Shown: positions 12,122-23,293 of the stretch, piece after piece | Numbering within the stretch: the first letter of the stretch is position 1 | How the letters are laid out: each line of letters starts with the position of its first letter | Source of the DNA: Lama guanicoe | Taxonomy: Eukaryota | Assembly (NCBI GenBank): GCA_013239625.1 | Contig: MU053376.1 | Coordinates: 2,158,507 to 2,222,506 of the forward strand | Length of the DNA: 64,000 nucleotides | Direction of reading: 5' to 3' | Program-made: the position numbers and the translations under genes | The notes under the pieces: model-generated | Database searches by the model: none | What the model saw: the letters and a program-made list of their open reading frames with translations, nothing else | What the model was told of the DNA's origin: nothing

Positions 12122-12242
12122 CTTCTTATTAGAAGCTCTCTGCGCTAGGGTGATGTCAATTGGGCCAATTTTGCCTTTCTTCACAATGGGCTCTTGTCCT
12201 GGAAAGGTCACTTGATAAGCAGGCTGCAATTTTTCCAAACAT
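12122..12242 (-). CDS. EIF2D: EIF2D exon 13
   Basis: cag|CLEKLQPAYQVTFPGQEPIVKKGKIGPIDITLAQRASNKK|gtaatt; 121 nt. Confidence 0.95.
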
Positions 12243-12717
12243 CTGAAATGTGAGTTGATGCGTTGGAGACTAATAAAGCCAACAGAAGCCATTTCCTCAT
12301 TCCCCCACCCTCTGCAGGCGGTTGGGTGGGAAAGGAGTTCAAAGGCAGTGGTTTGCCCTTGGCTACACATTCAAATCACCTAGGGAGCGAGACCCCAGAC
12401 CAACTAAGTCAATTAACTCTGATCAGGAAGATACATTTTTTAAAGCAAAGTGCGGCCACAGTTGATACCCACTGACTCAGCGAAGGGAACATCAGTGACT
12501 TGAGCCCCTGGAAACTGTCCGCTGGCTTGGCCTCCTGAAAATCTGCCCAGGCGGCTTTGCGCAGTTTACCAACTGTCTCAAAACTCCACCTTCCCCAGCC
12601 GAGTAAAGCTGCTACACATTTCCACCACATTCCAATCATGCATCTTTTACAGATGCCCTCACTATAAGGAATTTCTATCTTGTATCTAACCAGATTTTCT
12701 TTTGCCATCATATATAC

Positions 12718-12939
12718 TGGGATTGACAAACTTCTTCTATAAAGGGCCAGATGGTAAATATTTTAGGCTTCAAGGGCCATATGGACTCTGCTGAAACAAC
12801 TCAGCTCTGCCATTTAGCAGGGAAATGGCGTAGACAGTACATAAATAAGAGGGTGTGGCTGTGTGCCAATAGAACCTTATTTCCATAGAACAGGTAACAG
12901 GTCAGATTTGACCCACAAGCTATTGTTTGCTAACTCCGG
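12718..12939 (+). mobile_element. MER58A-like hAT-Charlie MITE
   Basis: aaacttcttctataaagggccagatggtaaatattttaggctt...gggtgtggctgtgtgccaata...gtttgctaactcc. Confidence 0.7.
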
Positions 12940-13328
12940 ATATAAATTATTTTCAGTTTTGGTTCTGTGGGAAAAGAAAGGGTATAAGGATCCTTCCTTT
13001 GAAGACTCAAAGACAATCCCCACCAACCCCTACCCCCTGCCTCCTTTTTGTTTCTTTATCTTTTTGAAGTTCTTATTTTTAATAAATGTTCTCTCTCTCC
13101 CTCTCTCTCTCCCCCTCTCCCTCAAGTTCTCCTATATTGTGTTGGCTCAAACTGTTCCAAAGTCCCTCCACATCAGAATTACCCAAGCCTGTATTTATGT
13201 AGACTGACATGGTATGAATTGTGGAAAGCAAGTCAGAGACGAAGATAGTGACAATTCAATAGTCCAACATGATAAAGATTAAGGGGAGGAGATGGAAATG
13301 TCAGAGGGGGGCTGCCAATCCCCACTAC

Positions 13329-13424
13329 CTGCTCAGGAGACTGTCCCATGGAAGCTTCACGACTGCGTGCTGCTCATTTTTCTCTAAGATGCAGTCACAT
13401 AGGATGGGATCCAATTTCACGAGA
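13329..13424 (-). CDS. EIF2D: EIF2D exon 12 (SWIB/MDM2-like domain)
   Basis: cag|LVKLDPILCDCILEKNEQHAVVKLPWDSLLSR|gtagtg; 96 nt. Confidence 0.94.
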
Positions 13425-14151
13425 CTGAAGGGAAAGAAGAAGCAATGAGGAAGTCCTAGTGTCGCCCCTTCTGATGCCAGGTCAGCTCGGGATTCATCTT
13501 TTATGAGTCTCTATAGCCATTCAGGATTATTAGAACCAACTGGGGACCACAGTCTACAAAGCGATGTACCCTCTGGATAGGAGGTACATATGTTCTCCCA
13601 GAACAAAGGAGAAGCAGGTGGTGGAGGGGAAAGTGGGATGGGAAAAATCTGAAGACTGGGATCCTTGGCTCAGTTCTGCTACTAACTAGCCATGATTAAG
13701 CTGGTAATTCCTAACTTTTTTATCATAAGGGTGTCTTTTGAAATTTAAAAAAAAAATGGAACATTCTTCATTTGGTAGTTTACCTTCTGTATCCACTTAC
13801 TAAAAAAATAGAGAATAGTAAAAACCTCAGGTGACTTTGGTAAAAGGTTTTCAAGTTGGCATTTTATGCCTCACACTAGCATGCGCACTTGAAAATCAGC
13901 AGAGGATATATATGAGATGACGCTTATTCAGCCTACAGTCTACGCTGACAGCATATGTGGATCCGGACACCCTAGACCACGACTCTAAGTGTCCACAGCC
14001 TGTGGTTTAGAAACCACTGGCCTTGATTATTTCTAAAAGGCCGTGACCCCCTGCGTCCCCCCCATCCCAGCCACGCCCCCTGAGCGCGTTTAGGCCTGCC
14101 GGAGGTGGGTGCCGGGAGTCTGACGGTGGGCCCTCCTCCCGGTCCACTCAC

Positions 14152-14241
14152 TTTTTGTTGTCTGCATCAACCAGGTCGTTTTTCTTGGCGTAGTTGATGA
14201 CGATCGTTCGGACCTCACTGCCCTCGAGAACGCTCCCCTTC
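14152..14241 (-). CDS. EIF2D: EIF2D exon 11
   Basis: tag|KGSVLEGSEVRTIVINYAKKNDLVDADNK|gtgagt; 90 nt. Confidence 0.94.
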
Positions 14242-14600
14242 CTAGGTGAGAAGTGACCTGGGGGTTATTTCACACTGTGCCGGGGGACAAGCTGCAAATA
14301 CGAAGACTCACTCCCTGCTCAGCAGGGTGCTGTCCTCGGCTTCTCGACCGCAGTGTTCTTCCCTTTTCCTGCCTGAGGCCAGCAGGGCCTTGTGAAGAGT
14401 AATTACAGGTAGAGAAGGGAGAGGCCTACTCTCTCGTTCACTTAGTCCAGAGACACTTCCCAGGGGAAGGAGGCTTGAGGCTGGGTCTGGGAGAAGGGCG
14501 CAGAGGGGCAGAGCAGTCACAGAAGAACACTACTCAGGCTGAGAGGGCTACAGGCCAGAACAGCAAGCAGGCAGAGGCGGGCTGCTCTCCGAAAACTCAC

Positions 14601-14750
14601 TTGTGGCCAGACTCCTGGAAGAGCAGGGTCATGCTGGCTGGGACACAGTAGAGGGATTTTATATCTGGAGGGTGATAGGGCTGTTCCCTGCTACCCTCCT
14701 GGATTGTCTGGGAGGTCGGGGAGGGCTCGGGTATGACGAAAGATGTGATC
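14601..14750 (-). CDS. EIF2D: EIF2D exon 10
   Basis: tag|ITSFVIPEPSPTSQTIQEGSREQPYHPPDIKSLYCVPASMTLLFQESGH|gtgagt; 150 nt. Confidence 0.94.
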
Positions 14751-14870
14751 CTAAAACCCAGCAGAAGGAAAGAAAAAACACATTTCATACTAGTGTCTCG
14801 GCAATTCCCGGTCCATGGCCCAGGTGCCCTGGGCCAGCTGAGCTGCGGCGACCGGGCCCCCTGCACTCAC

Positions 14871-14974
14871 CTTGGGTGCTTCCAGTCCACAGCCACAATG
14901 CTCTCCACCCCTTTGCTCAGCTCCTTCACCTGTATAATCTGCTCCTGCTGCATGTGCTGCAGGAACTTAGAGAG
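14871..14974 (-). CDS. EIF2D: EIF2D exon 9
   Basis: tag|LSKFLQHMQQEQIIQVKELSKGVESIVAVDWKHP|gtgagt; 104 nt. Confidence 0.94.
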
Positions 14975-15405
14975 CTAAGGGAGAGAGGGCCAGTGGTAGG
15001 GGACTCCATCGATTCCGCACACATCCTTAGCACCTACGATGTGCCAGACCCCAGCCAGTCCTGGGGAGGGACGTGGGATGGTCCCTGTCCTCATCCGGTT
15101 AGGAAGTGGGAGGCCCCCACCCTGAGAGTCAGGGAGTGAGAAGGTGCTGGAGACTAACTGGTGAAGCCTTGCAGAACTCTGAGCAGATACAAAGGGGTGG
15201 AGAGGAGGGAGGGGAGTGGGTGCCTACCCAGCTGCCTCAGCCCGGGGAGAGTTTCCTTCCCCCACTCCCCCAAACACCTCGAATCAAAAAGCTTAATCCT
15301 AGCCTCAGCCCTGCAGACAGGGCCTCCTCTCTGTCCCTCTAGCTCGCGCCGCGTGTGCCCCTCCACGGCTCTCTGTGTGGGTCTGCAGAGAAGGTACCCG
15401 CTTAC

Positions 15406-15451
15406 CTTTTTGTAGCTTGACTTCTTGATGTCCAGCTGTCGTCCTTCAGGG
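15406..15451 (-). CDS. EIF2D: EIF2D exon 8
   Basis: cag|PEGRQLDIKKSSYKK|gtaagc; 46 nt. Confidence 0.93.
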
Positions 15452-15835
15452 CTGACGGCAGACAGAAAAGGCAAGTTAAGCTAACAAAGCAGTAGTGGCG
15501 GGGCCTGCCTGACACTAGGAGGAGGGCGTTTTCCTCAGCCTTCTTCCTGTATGTTCGGCAAGAGGCTGCTGTTCCAGAACTCTCTGCCAGCAGCAGTATC
15601 TGACAGAGATACAGACTTGAGGGCACTGTCCTTGCTATCCAACGGACCTTTCCATAAAGATGGAATGTTCTCTGTCGTCTAGTTTAAGTTCAAATAGCCA
15701 CACATGGCTAGTGGCTACTCCACTGGCTATAGCTTTAGATTCCTCTCAAACCAGACAATCTTCTGTGGCCTCAAAAGTTTCACCTCCAGGTGAACCTTTC
15801 CAACACCAAGTTCACTGTCACAGCCAGGCCTAGAG

Positions 15836-16008
15836 CAGGATTTGGCAAACTGCACCCTGTGGGCCAAATCCTTCCGCACTAACTCATGTGCCATCTCTGG
15901 CTGCCTTAGTGCCATGATGGCAGAGCTGTGGAGCTGCAAAAGAGACGGTGTGGCCTGCTAAGCCGAAAATAATTACTACCTGATTCTACAGAAAGTTTGC
16001 TAACCCCT
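15836..16008 (-). mobile_element. MER58-like hAT-Charlie MITE
   Basis: caggatttggcaaact...gtggcctgctaagccgaaaataattactacctg...acagaaagtttgctaacccct. Confidence 0.6.
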
Positions 16009-17037
16009 ACCCTACAGCTGTTAGTTTTGGGAGAAAGGTTCCTAACGAAAGCTGTGACCATTCCACCTCCCCAGAACTTACATCTTCTCTCAAAATGTGA
16101 CAAGCAAGAGCAGTGGGATTCACAGGGAGCCCTCTCAGAACCCACCCCAGGTTAAGAACCTCTCTCCTAGAGAATATTCTAGAATCCCTTTTCCCAGTTA
16201 CTTGCAACCCAGCAAGGTCAGGACAAATTACCAAGTATCCTGCCACACACTGCAGACCCCCCACTTGTATAGAATGCCTTAAAGAAGCCCACATGTAAAG
16301 AGGAGAAGAAATTACATTAAAATCACTTTTTTAAAAAACAGAGCAAAATTCTCAAAAAGAAAGTTCAGACTTAGGGTGAAATCAATGAGCAAATCTCCTG
16401 ACATGACAACATTTATTGGGTGCTTAGTAAATGTCAGGCTATTTAATCCTGACAGCAATCCTACAAGTGTTGTAAATTAGGGCTCCAAGAAGCCTGGTAA
16501 TGGCTCAAATTCACCTTGCTCAGACGTCCTGGGGAGCTGGCATTTAAGCCCAGAAGGCTCTGTCTTCAAAGTTAAGGTTCAATCCTCATGTAACACTCCC
16601 TCTCCTGGTCGCTTGTGTTTGGGGTGGGGTAGGAAGGTCACCCCCATTCTTCTTCCTGATACGACCTAATCTGGCCCACCTACTCTTCAGGAAATTGTGA
16701 GGGGATTGAACATTCCAGAAGAGGCCTCCAGGCAAAAGGGCTATCCCAGCACCCTTCCTAGACAGGACATACTGCCCGATTCGTGAGAGAGCCCAGAGTC
16801 ACCGCAGCAGATGGTGCTCAGAGGATCTTAGAATTTTAAACTTCACTGCCTTAACATCTTCTCACTGGCTAAAATTTCAGTTTTGAAAACCCAGTTTTGC
16901 CAGATCAACCCTCCACTTCACTCTTTCCACATCATGTCACCTGACCAATTCCCCCATAAGCTTTGTCCTGTTCTACCACCAAAAAGAAAGAGAGAGACCC
17001 ACGCCCCGGCCTCCAGCCCACGCCACGCCTTCCATAC

Positions 17038-17155
17038 CAGCAGGAGAACATGTGGCTGCCAAGGAGCGTGCTGGTGAGTAAAGGCAGGTCGGCCTTTTTG
17101 ACGCGGCACTTCAAAGCATGCAAGAAGCATCTCTGCAACAGTTCGTCCATTTGCT
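17038..17155 (-). CDS. EIF2D: EIF2D exon 7
   Basis: cag|QMDELLQRCFLHALKCRVKKADLPLLTSTLLGSHMFSC|gtatgg; 118 nt. Confidence 0.94.
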
Positions 17156-17615
17156 CTGCAAGGAAACAACAAGGACCACATCCTTCCTGAGGGATGCAGG
17201 AGGCCGGTGCAGCACAAGCAAACTCCCCGCAAAGTGACTTGCCTACCTCAGCTCTAGAAGGAGCCATTCCCAGGCACCCAAGCTCCCAGACTCTACAACA
17301 CTGACCCCTTACAGAGAAGGGGTCAGGCCACAGAGGCCCACCCAGCCAGGCACAAAGGCTTCTCTGACAGAGAAGACAGAGCCAGAAGAAACCTCCTGGG
17401 CTCTGTAGGTCCAAATGACAGGCCCAGAGAAACGTGACTTATGTGGCAAAGACTCCCAGGTGAGATGGCAAAGCGCTGGTGTACCACCCTCACCAAAAAT
17501 AAGGACTCTCCCCTGCTCTCCCAGGGCCTTGGGGCCGCTCTAGTCAGAAGTAGAGCAGAACCCTTCGGCCTCCTACACGGGGAGGAGACGGGCCCTTCTA
17601 CCCTCAGAGCTGTAC

Positions 17616-17872
17616 CTTGAAGGGTCTTGCTGTCTGTGGGGTCTGGGTTCAGGCCCCCAACACTGGGGTCCTCTGTGGCTTCTGATTGGGACTTCTCCCC
17701 ACACATCTGCTGAACCTCTTCATCCTCCTCCTCCTCTCCCTCCAGGGCCAGGTGCCTCATGTCTCCCTGCAGGGTGGCGTCTGCCTGGACAGACCCCTTC
17801 TCTTCACCAAGATCTGGGGGATCCAGGGCCAGTGGAGCAATGGATGGTGGGGAGGACTTGTCTCCAGATCGC
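17616..17872 (-). CDS. EIF2D: EIF2D exon 6 (acidic, low-complexity linker)
   Basis: cag|RSGDKSSPPSIAPLALDPPDLGEEKGSVQADATLQGDMRHLALEGEEEEDEEVQQ...SKTLQ|gtacag; 257 nt, phase-consistent. Confidence 0.92.
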
Positions 17873-19492
17873 CTGCAGAAACCTCATGTCAGAAACACTG
17901 AGCAGCCATCACAACACCCTCCAGCCTTGGTCGGGGGGTCAGCGGGAGTCCAGAGACAGCAAAAGCCACAGGCAGTGGTGTCCAGGAGAGGGCAGAGCCT
18001 GGGCTCACATCTCAACTCTGTTTCCAATTCTGGGCCCAGGAAAATCCCATTCCTCAGTTTCCTCATCTCTGAAATCGGAAGAGTAATTCCTGCCTCCTCC
18101 TTATCCCAAAGGAATAATAATATTATTAAGAGAAATCCAAGGACAGAGAAAAATTAAAGACAAAGTAGTTAAAGAGAAGGCCTCTCCCAAAGTACTCCTT
18201 TCATATGAATTAAAAATAAAACCATTTTGAATTAAATAACAGAATTAAGATCACAAATGCGTCTGTAGAACCAGTTTGGTGAAATACAAACCCAACGCTC
18301 GGGGTGTGTAACAAAGCACAGACACCTGGACTGCGCAAGACTGCAAAGTCCGTTGCTTCTGCGTTAAGTTAGAACGCAACCTGACCTGCAGAGGAACGAT
18401 TACAATGGTTTTACACCACTAAGTCACTAAGTTTTATGAAGATGGGGGAAAAAAGTGTTATCACATAGCAGAGCTGGCAGAGCAGTAAAAGCAAAAAGCT
18501 TTATCTTCACGAAGATTATACAAATCAAACTAAGTTATAACCTACAGCTGCCGCAAGGCTTATGAGTATGGTTAAAAGTGAGGCCAGAGTGTACGTTTAG
18601 GCCCTTCTGATCAGGTAAATACCATGAACTCTTTTTAAAGGGTAGGAGGTGGGGAGACTGAGGCAGCTGCTGATAAAACAATTTAGACATGACCTTGATT
18701 GCTCAAACTGACAGTCAGAAAACAAGGTGCGGGGAGAATGTCAGGGAGCAGCCCTCAAGTGTCTGCTGAAACCCAGACTAACACGGTTGTCGCCTCCAGC
18801 AAAGCAGGGCTTCGCCACTACTTGTACAATGAATAAGTCCAAGACTGACTAAAAATGTAGGGGTAAATCTATACCAACAGACTATACTTGGCCAAAAGAC
18901 CAGGCATACTGTTTTTGAGAAAAGCAGTATTTACTGTTTTGGTTAAATGACAAGAAAACAACCAGAAGATGAGTTGGCATAGAGCTCCAGAGAGCGACCA
19001 CCACAGCGAGAAAAGACAGCTTCCATAATGGGCAGGGAACCAAAATGTGAAACCTGAACAACATAAAAGTAATTGGGTTACCACCCTGGTGCCTGAGGAT
19101 CTACTTGACTTTGATCCGGATTCAGATGTGAGAATTTCCAAGCACACGTCACGAGGCCAGAAGGTGCCTAAATGTACATGGCAGAAAAGGCCAGATGGAC
19201 TGGAACTATAAAGAATATCACCGTACTGAGAGGCAGAGCAGACAATGGCAAAAGCCTTCTTCGAGGCCTAGGAGTCTACAATTCACCTAAAAAATAAAGT
19301 TCTCTATGATTTCTTCTCTGAATAGGCCAAAAAAAGGTTTTTTCCCTCCACATTTAGCAAGGAAATTAATGTCTGGGGTCAGCAACTTGCCTAAGGACAC
19401 GGCAGGGACCAAAACTCTCACTTCTGAATCCAGGCCCCATGCTCTCACCACCCACGCAGCTCTCTGCAAAACAGAAGAAACACTGTACCCAC

Positions 19493-19600
19493 CACAAGTG
19501 GTCCTGATAGGTGTGGAGCACAGAGAAGCCCTTGCCCTTCAGGCCTGAAGCCAGCATCTCGGCTGTGGACATGGTGGCGACTCCAATGGCAACGGGGGCT
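19493..19600 (-). CDS. EIF2D: EIF2D exon 5 (end of PUA domain)
   Basis: tag|APVAIGVATMSTAEMLASGLKGKGFSVLHTYQDHL|gtgggt; 108 nt. Confidence 0.94.
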
Positions 19601-19887
19601 CTAAGAAGGAGGAGGCCAGAGACAAGGGTCAGGGAAAGCATCCCACGGGGGCAAGATGTCAGGACCCGCTTTCTGCACATGTGCTGAAAGCACAACGGTT
19701 GCAAATCTGAAGCATCCACTTACATCACAAAACTAAAACTTGGTCCAGTCTCAACGTTCTTCAGATTACCTATAAATACGACTTTCAAAAATTCCATGAC
19801 CAAACGTTCCCTTCCGTGTGAGTAACTCCTCTACTGATGTTATCACTGTTTTATTATGAATCAAACCCAGGCAGGACTTGGAAGGGC

Positions 19888-19983
19888 TTTGTTGTTGTTG
19901 TTAATGGAGGTAATGGGGATTGAACCCAGGACCTCATGCACGCTAAGCACATGCTCTACCACTGAGCTATACCCCCTACTTCC
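19888..19983 (-). mobile_element. tRNA-Ala-derived SINE (Vic-1-like)
   Basis: Reverse complement of GGGGTATAGCTCAGTGGTAGAGCATGTGCTTAGCGTGCATGAGGTCCTGGGTTCAATCCCC; (AAC)n tail; gaaggg flanks. Confidence 0.85.
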
Positions 19984-21366
19984 TAGAAGGGTATTTAAAG
20001 TTCCCTTTCTTTAATTTCAAAAATATAAATTATCTCCTCTACCTTAAAAAAGGCATAGCCATCCTATAAGAGAGTTCAAAAGGGAAGCTATTCATATGCT
20101 ATAAATTAGGCTGAGCGATGCCACAGGGAAGAGAGAAGAGATACAGTGGTACCAACTAGCGAGCTTCCTTCTGAGCTGGCTCTTTATAACAGGGCTTGCT
20201 CTGTGCAACTATCTATTTAAGAACTGGGCGGGTCCGGAATATCAAAACAGCCGCATTTACAGTAACTACAAAAAAGCCCAGATGGGAATCTGTCAGCCCA
20301 GTGTTACTCAAGCCCTGCTCACACAGCGCCTGTGAGGACTGATGTCCAGCTGGCTGACAGCGGGGGAGTACAGAAGCCCACAAGGCTGCCTGGGCCCCAG
20401 GGAGAAGACTCAAGGGCAGAGATCCTAACACCTGAACTTCAAAAAATATTTGCTAACCTCGTGGCTCCACTCACTGTGCCCATGGGTCAGTTCCTGCTGC
20501 GGAAACTTTCAATCTGGCTTCTTTCCCAGTTCCTAAAAGAGAGGTCTTTGTCTCCCACCCTTCGAAGGGTCTGTGGCTGAAGGACTTCAGTTTCAAACGT
20601 AGCTTGTAGTTTCAATAAACTCCCCTGTGCCCTTATCCCCTGCCATAAATCACCCGGCTCAGTCCCCACATACGTTCTAAAGGCCACGCTAAGCAGGCCA
20701 AATACACATTTATGTAGTTTTCTCCCATCTTGGATAGAATACTGCATGGGGGCAGAGGGTAATAATACTCTTCTTTTCAACTGCAAGTTTTGCTGCAGGT
20801 AAACAAGGAAGAAAACATTTCTAGGTGCTTGTTTCCAAAAGGTTCAAGGAAACTAGGAGAATATAAGTGGCAAAGATCAGATCTTTAAACACTGACCCCT
20901 CCCGTGCCTACAATCTCCCTCTCTTCCTCTCTCAAACAAGCAATGAGTGAAATGATGAGATGTCATTTTTCACTCAGGATGACACACATGAAAATGACCC
21001 ATCACATCCGGTGTCGGTGAGTGAGGAAACAGGCTCTTTCCATCCTGTAGGTAGGACGGAAAACTGATGGAGCTTTTTCGTAGAGCAACAGAAAAGATGC
21101 ATGATCTTCAGCCTAACTGTTCTGCTTCTTAACATCTGCTTTAGAAAAATCCTGGTGCTAGTGTCCGTAGAGGCATCAGGAAGATGCTATTTGTGACAGA
21201 GACAAAGTCGAGGCATCCACAATGTCCACTCGGGAAGGACTTCTTCCATCATCACATAGCGGGTAGAAAGATTCAGCTTGTCTGTTTGCTGACATGGAAA
21301 ATATCTGCAGTATCTTAGGTGAAAAAACTGTATGTATCCTAAGTGAAAAAGTTCTGCTTGTTGTTA

Positions 21367-21446
21367 GGGAGGGCATGGCTCAGTGGTGGAGCACGTGCTT
21401 AGCATGCACGAGGTCCTTGGTTCAATCCCCAGTCCCTCCATTAAAA

Positions 21447-21485
<39 letters not shown>

Positions 21486-21550
21486 ATACCTAATCCCCAC
21501 CCCCAGCCCCCAAATTAAAAAAGAAAAAGGGCAAAAAAAAATTTGTTTAA
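21367..21550 (+). mobile_element. tRNA-Ala-derived SINE (Vic-1-like) with (TAAA)n expansion
   Basis: A and B boxes; (TAAA)n at about 21443-21488; TSD ttctg[c/t]ttgttgt at 21352-21364 and 21551-21563. Confidence 0.88.
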
Positions 21551-21851
21551 TTCTGTTTGTTGTACTTTTAAACATACATACCCTAAATCATACATTTCAT
21601 ATGCACATGTGTATATGCACTGAAGAAGGCTGGCAAGGATAAGCATCAGAATGATAATGGTTACCAAATAAATACCTAATCCCCCCCCCCAGCCCCCAAA
21701 TTAAAAAAGAAAAAGGGCAAAAAAAAATTTGTTTAATTCTGTTTGTTGTACTTTTAAACATACATACCCTAAATCATACATTTCATATGCACATGTGTAT
21801 ATGCACTGAAGAAGGCTGGCAAGGATAAGCATCAGAATGATAATGGTTACC
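21480..21851. repeat. 186-bp direct tandem duplication
   Basis: 21480-21665 and 21666-21851; one mismatch (21499 A vs 21685 C). Confidence 0.95.
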
Positions 21852-22643
21852 TCTGGAAGAAAAGGATTGTGGGTAAGGAGGCTTTAGATTTTTTAGAATT
21901 GTTCATATGGTTACTTTCTCAATTATTTAAAAAAAGGAAGCAGTGTGGTGATGGCTAAACAATTCAGAGAATCTACTAAGAATCATTGAATCGTACATTT
22001 AAAGCAGGTGAATTTTACAGTATGTAAACTATATATCAATAAATCTATTAAAAATAATTAAAACATGAGGGTGACAATGTGGATGTTGGGAAAAGAAGTG
22101 TCGAAGTCATGACAGGAAAGGAAAGACCAAGAAAATGTCACAGACAGGAGACTAAGACAGGACAACTAAATGCAATGGTGTATCCTAGACTGGATCCTTG
22201 AATAGAAAAAAAGACATAGTGGGGAAACCAGGGAAATATGAATAACGTCTGTAATTGTGTTAATGAGATTGTACCAATGTTAGTTCCTTAGTTTTGATAA
22301 CTATACTGTGGTTATAAGAGAGGTTATCATTACAGGAAGCTGGGTAAGGAGTAAATCAGAACTCTGTAATACCTTTGAAACCCTTCTGTAAATCACAAAT
22401 TATTTAAAAAAAGAAAGAGAGAGAGAGAAGCAGCAGGAGCAAATACACTTGGCCCAGATGTGTGGACACCCCACAGGTTCACTGCCATCCCCCACTCTCT
22501 GATTCTTCTGGAAGAATCTGCTTCGTTTTGTTTTGTTTTATTTTTACTCCTTTATCCTTATGCTGTGGAAGTTGTCATTCCCACCACTCCCCTGAGTTTC
22601 ACATAAGTTTTTCCCCCAAAGGCACAGCTGACTGACACAGTAC

Positions 22644-22734
22644 CTGTTCCCCACCAAGGCAATGGCACAGAGGTCACCCTTCTGCACCTGAGGCAGACCA
22701 GCAGGGGGCACCACTAGTCCCGGCAACATCAAAT
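22644..22734 (-). CDS. EIF2D: EIF2D exon 4 (PUA domain)
   Basis: cag|(D)LMLPGLVVPPAGLPQVQKGDLCAIALVGN|gtactg; 91 nt. Confidence 0.94.
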
Positions 22735-23209
22735 CTGCAGCAAACAAGTAAGTGTTACAGTTCTACAGTTTACTTCATCATTTACTTATTCATTCAACAA
22801 ACATTAATTATCAACTATACTATTCCTAATGAAAAGAAAAAGTAGCAACCTGAGAATCAGATTCTTTTCCCTTTGGGAGGCTAGTGTTCAAACTGAAGCA
22901 CCAAGCTGAGGGTCCAGTTCCATGATCTAATTTATTCTGATTTTCTGAATTCAGCTTATTAATATAAAGTATAGCATCTGGCAGTCCACAAAGAACTTTC
23001 ATGTCACTTATCTTACTTAAGCCTTACAACAGGGTCAGAGAGGACCAGGGAACTTATGGAAACAGCCAAGTGAGAGATGCAACAGACATGAAGGGAAAAA
23101 TTCCATTTTTCAGTCATATGAATGCACAAAATGGGCACATTTATTTAAATAGTTGGCCCTCACTAAGTAAGTTTCAGCCAGTGTCCAGAATATAGGAGGA
23201 TACTCTTAC

Positions 23210-23293
23210 CTGCTCCCCCCACCAGTTTTTCCAGCACCAGAGGCCATGTTGTAAATGTTGGTAGAAGATCAGGGTAAGACCACAGGGTATACA
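23210..23293 (-). CDS. EIF2D: EIF2D exon 3
   Basis: cag|(V)YTLWSYPDLLPTFTTWPLVLEKLVGGA|gtaaga; 84 nt. Confidence 0.94.

Larger units (their letters stand above)
20930..22410 (+). mobile_element. Cluster of ancient L1M 3' fragments in EIF2D intron 4, interrupted by a SINE
   Basis: cattgaatcgtacatttaaagcaggtgaattttacagtatgtaaactatatatcaataaa; acaactaaatgcaatgg...ctggatccttgaatagaaaaaag. Confidence 0.6.

Noticed and set aside
21176..21255. Box C (GTGATGA) and box D (CTGA) on the EIF2D sense strand as an intronic snoRNA
   Set aside because: No terminal stem or recognisable guide, and it lies within a degraded L1 fragment.
21367..21440. tRNA-Ala-like sequences here and in five other places as true tRNA genes
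   Set aside because: They have A-rich tails, TSDs and broken stems, so they are SINEs.
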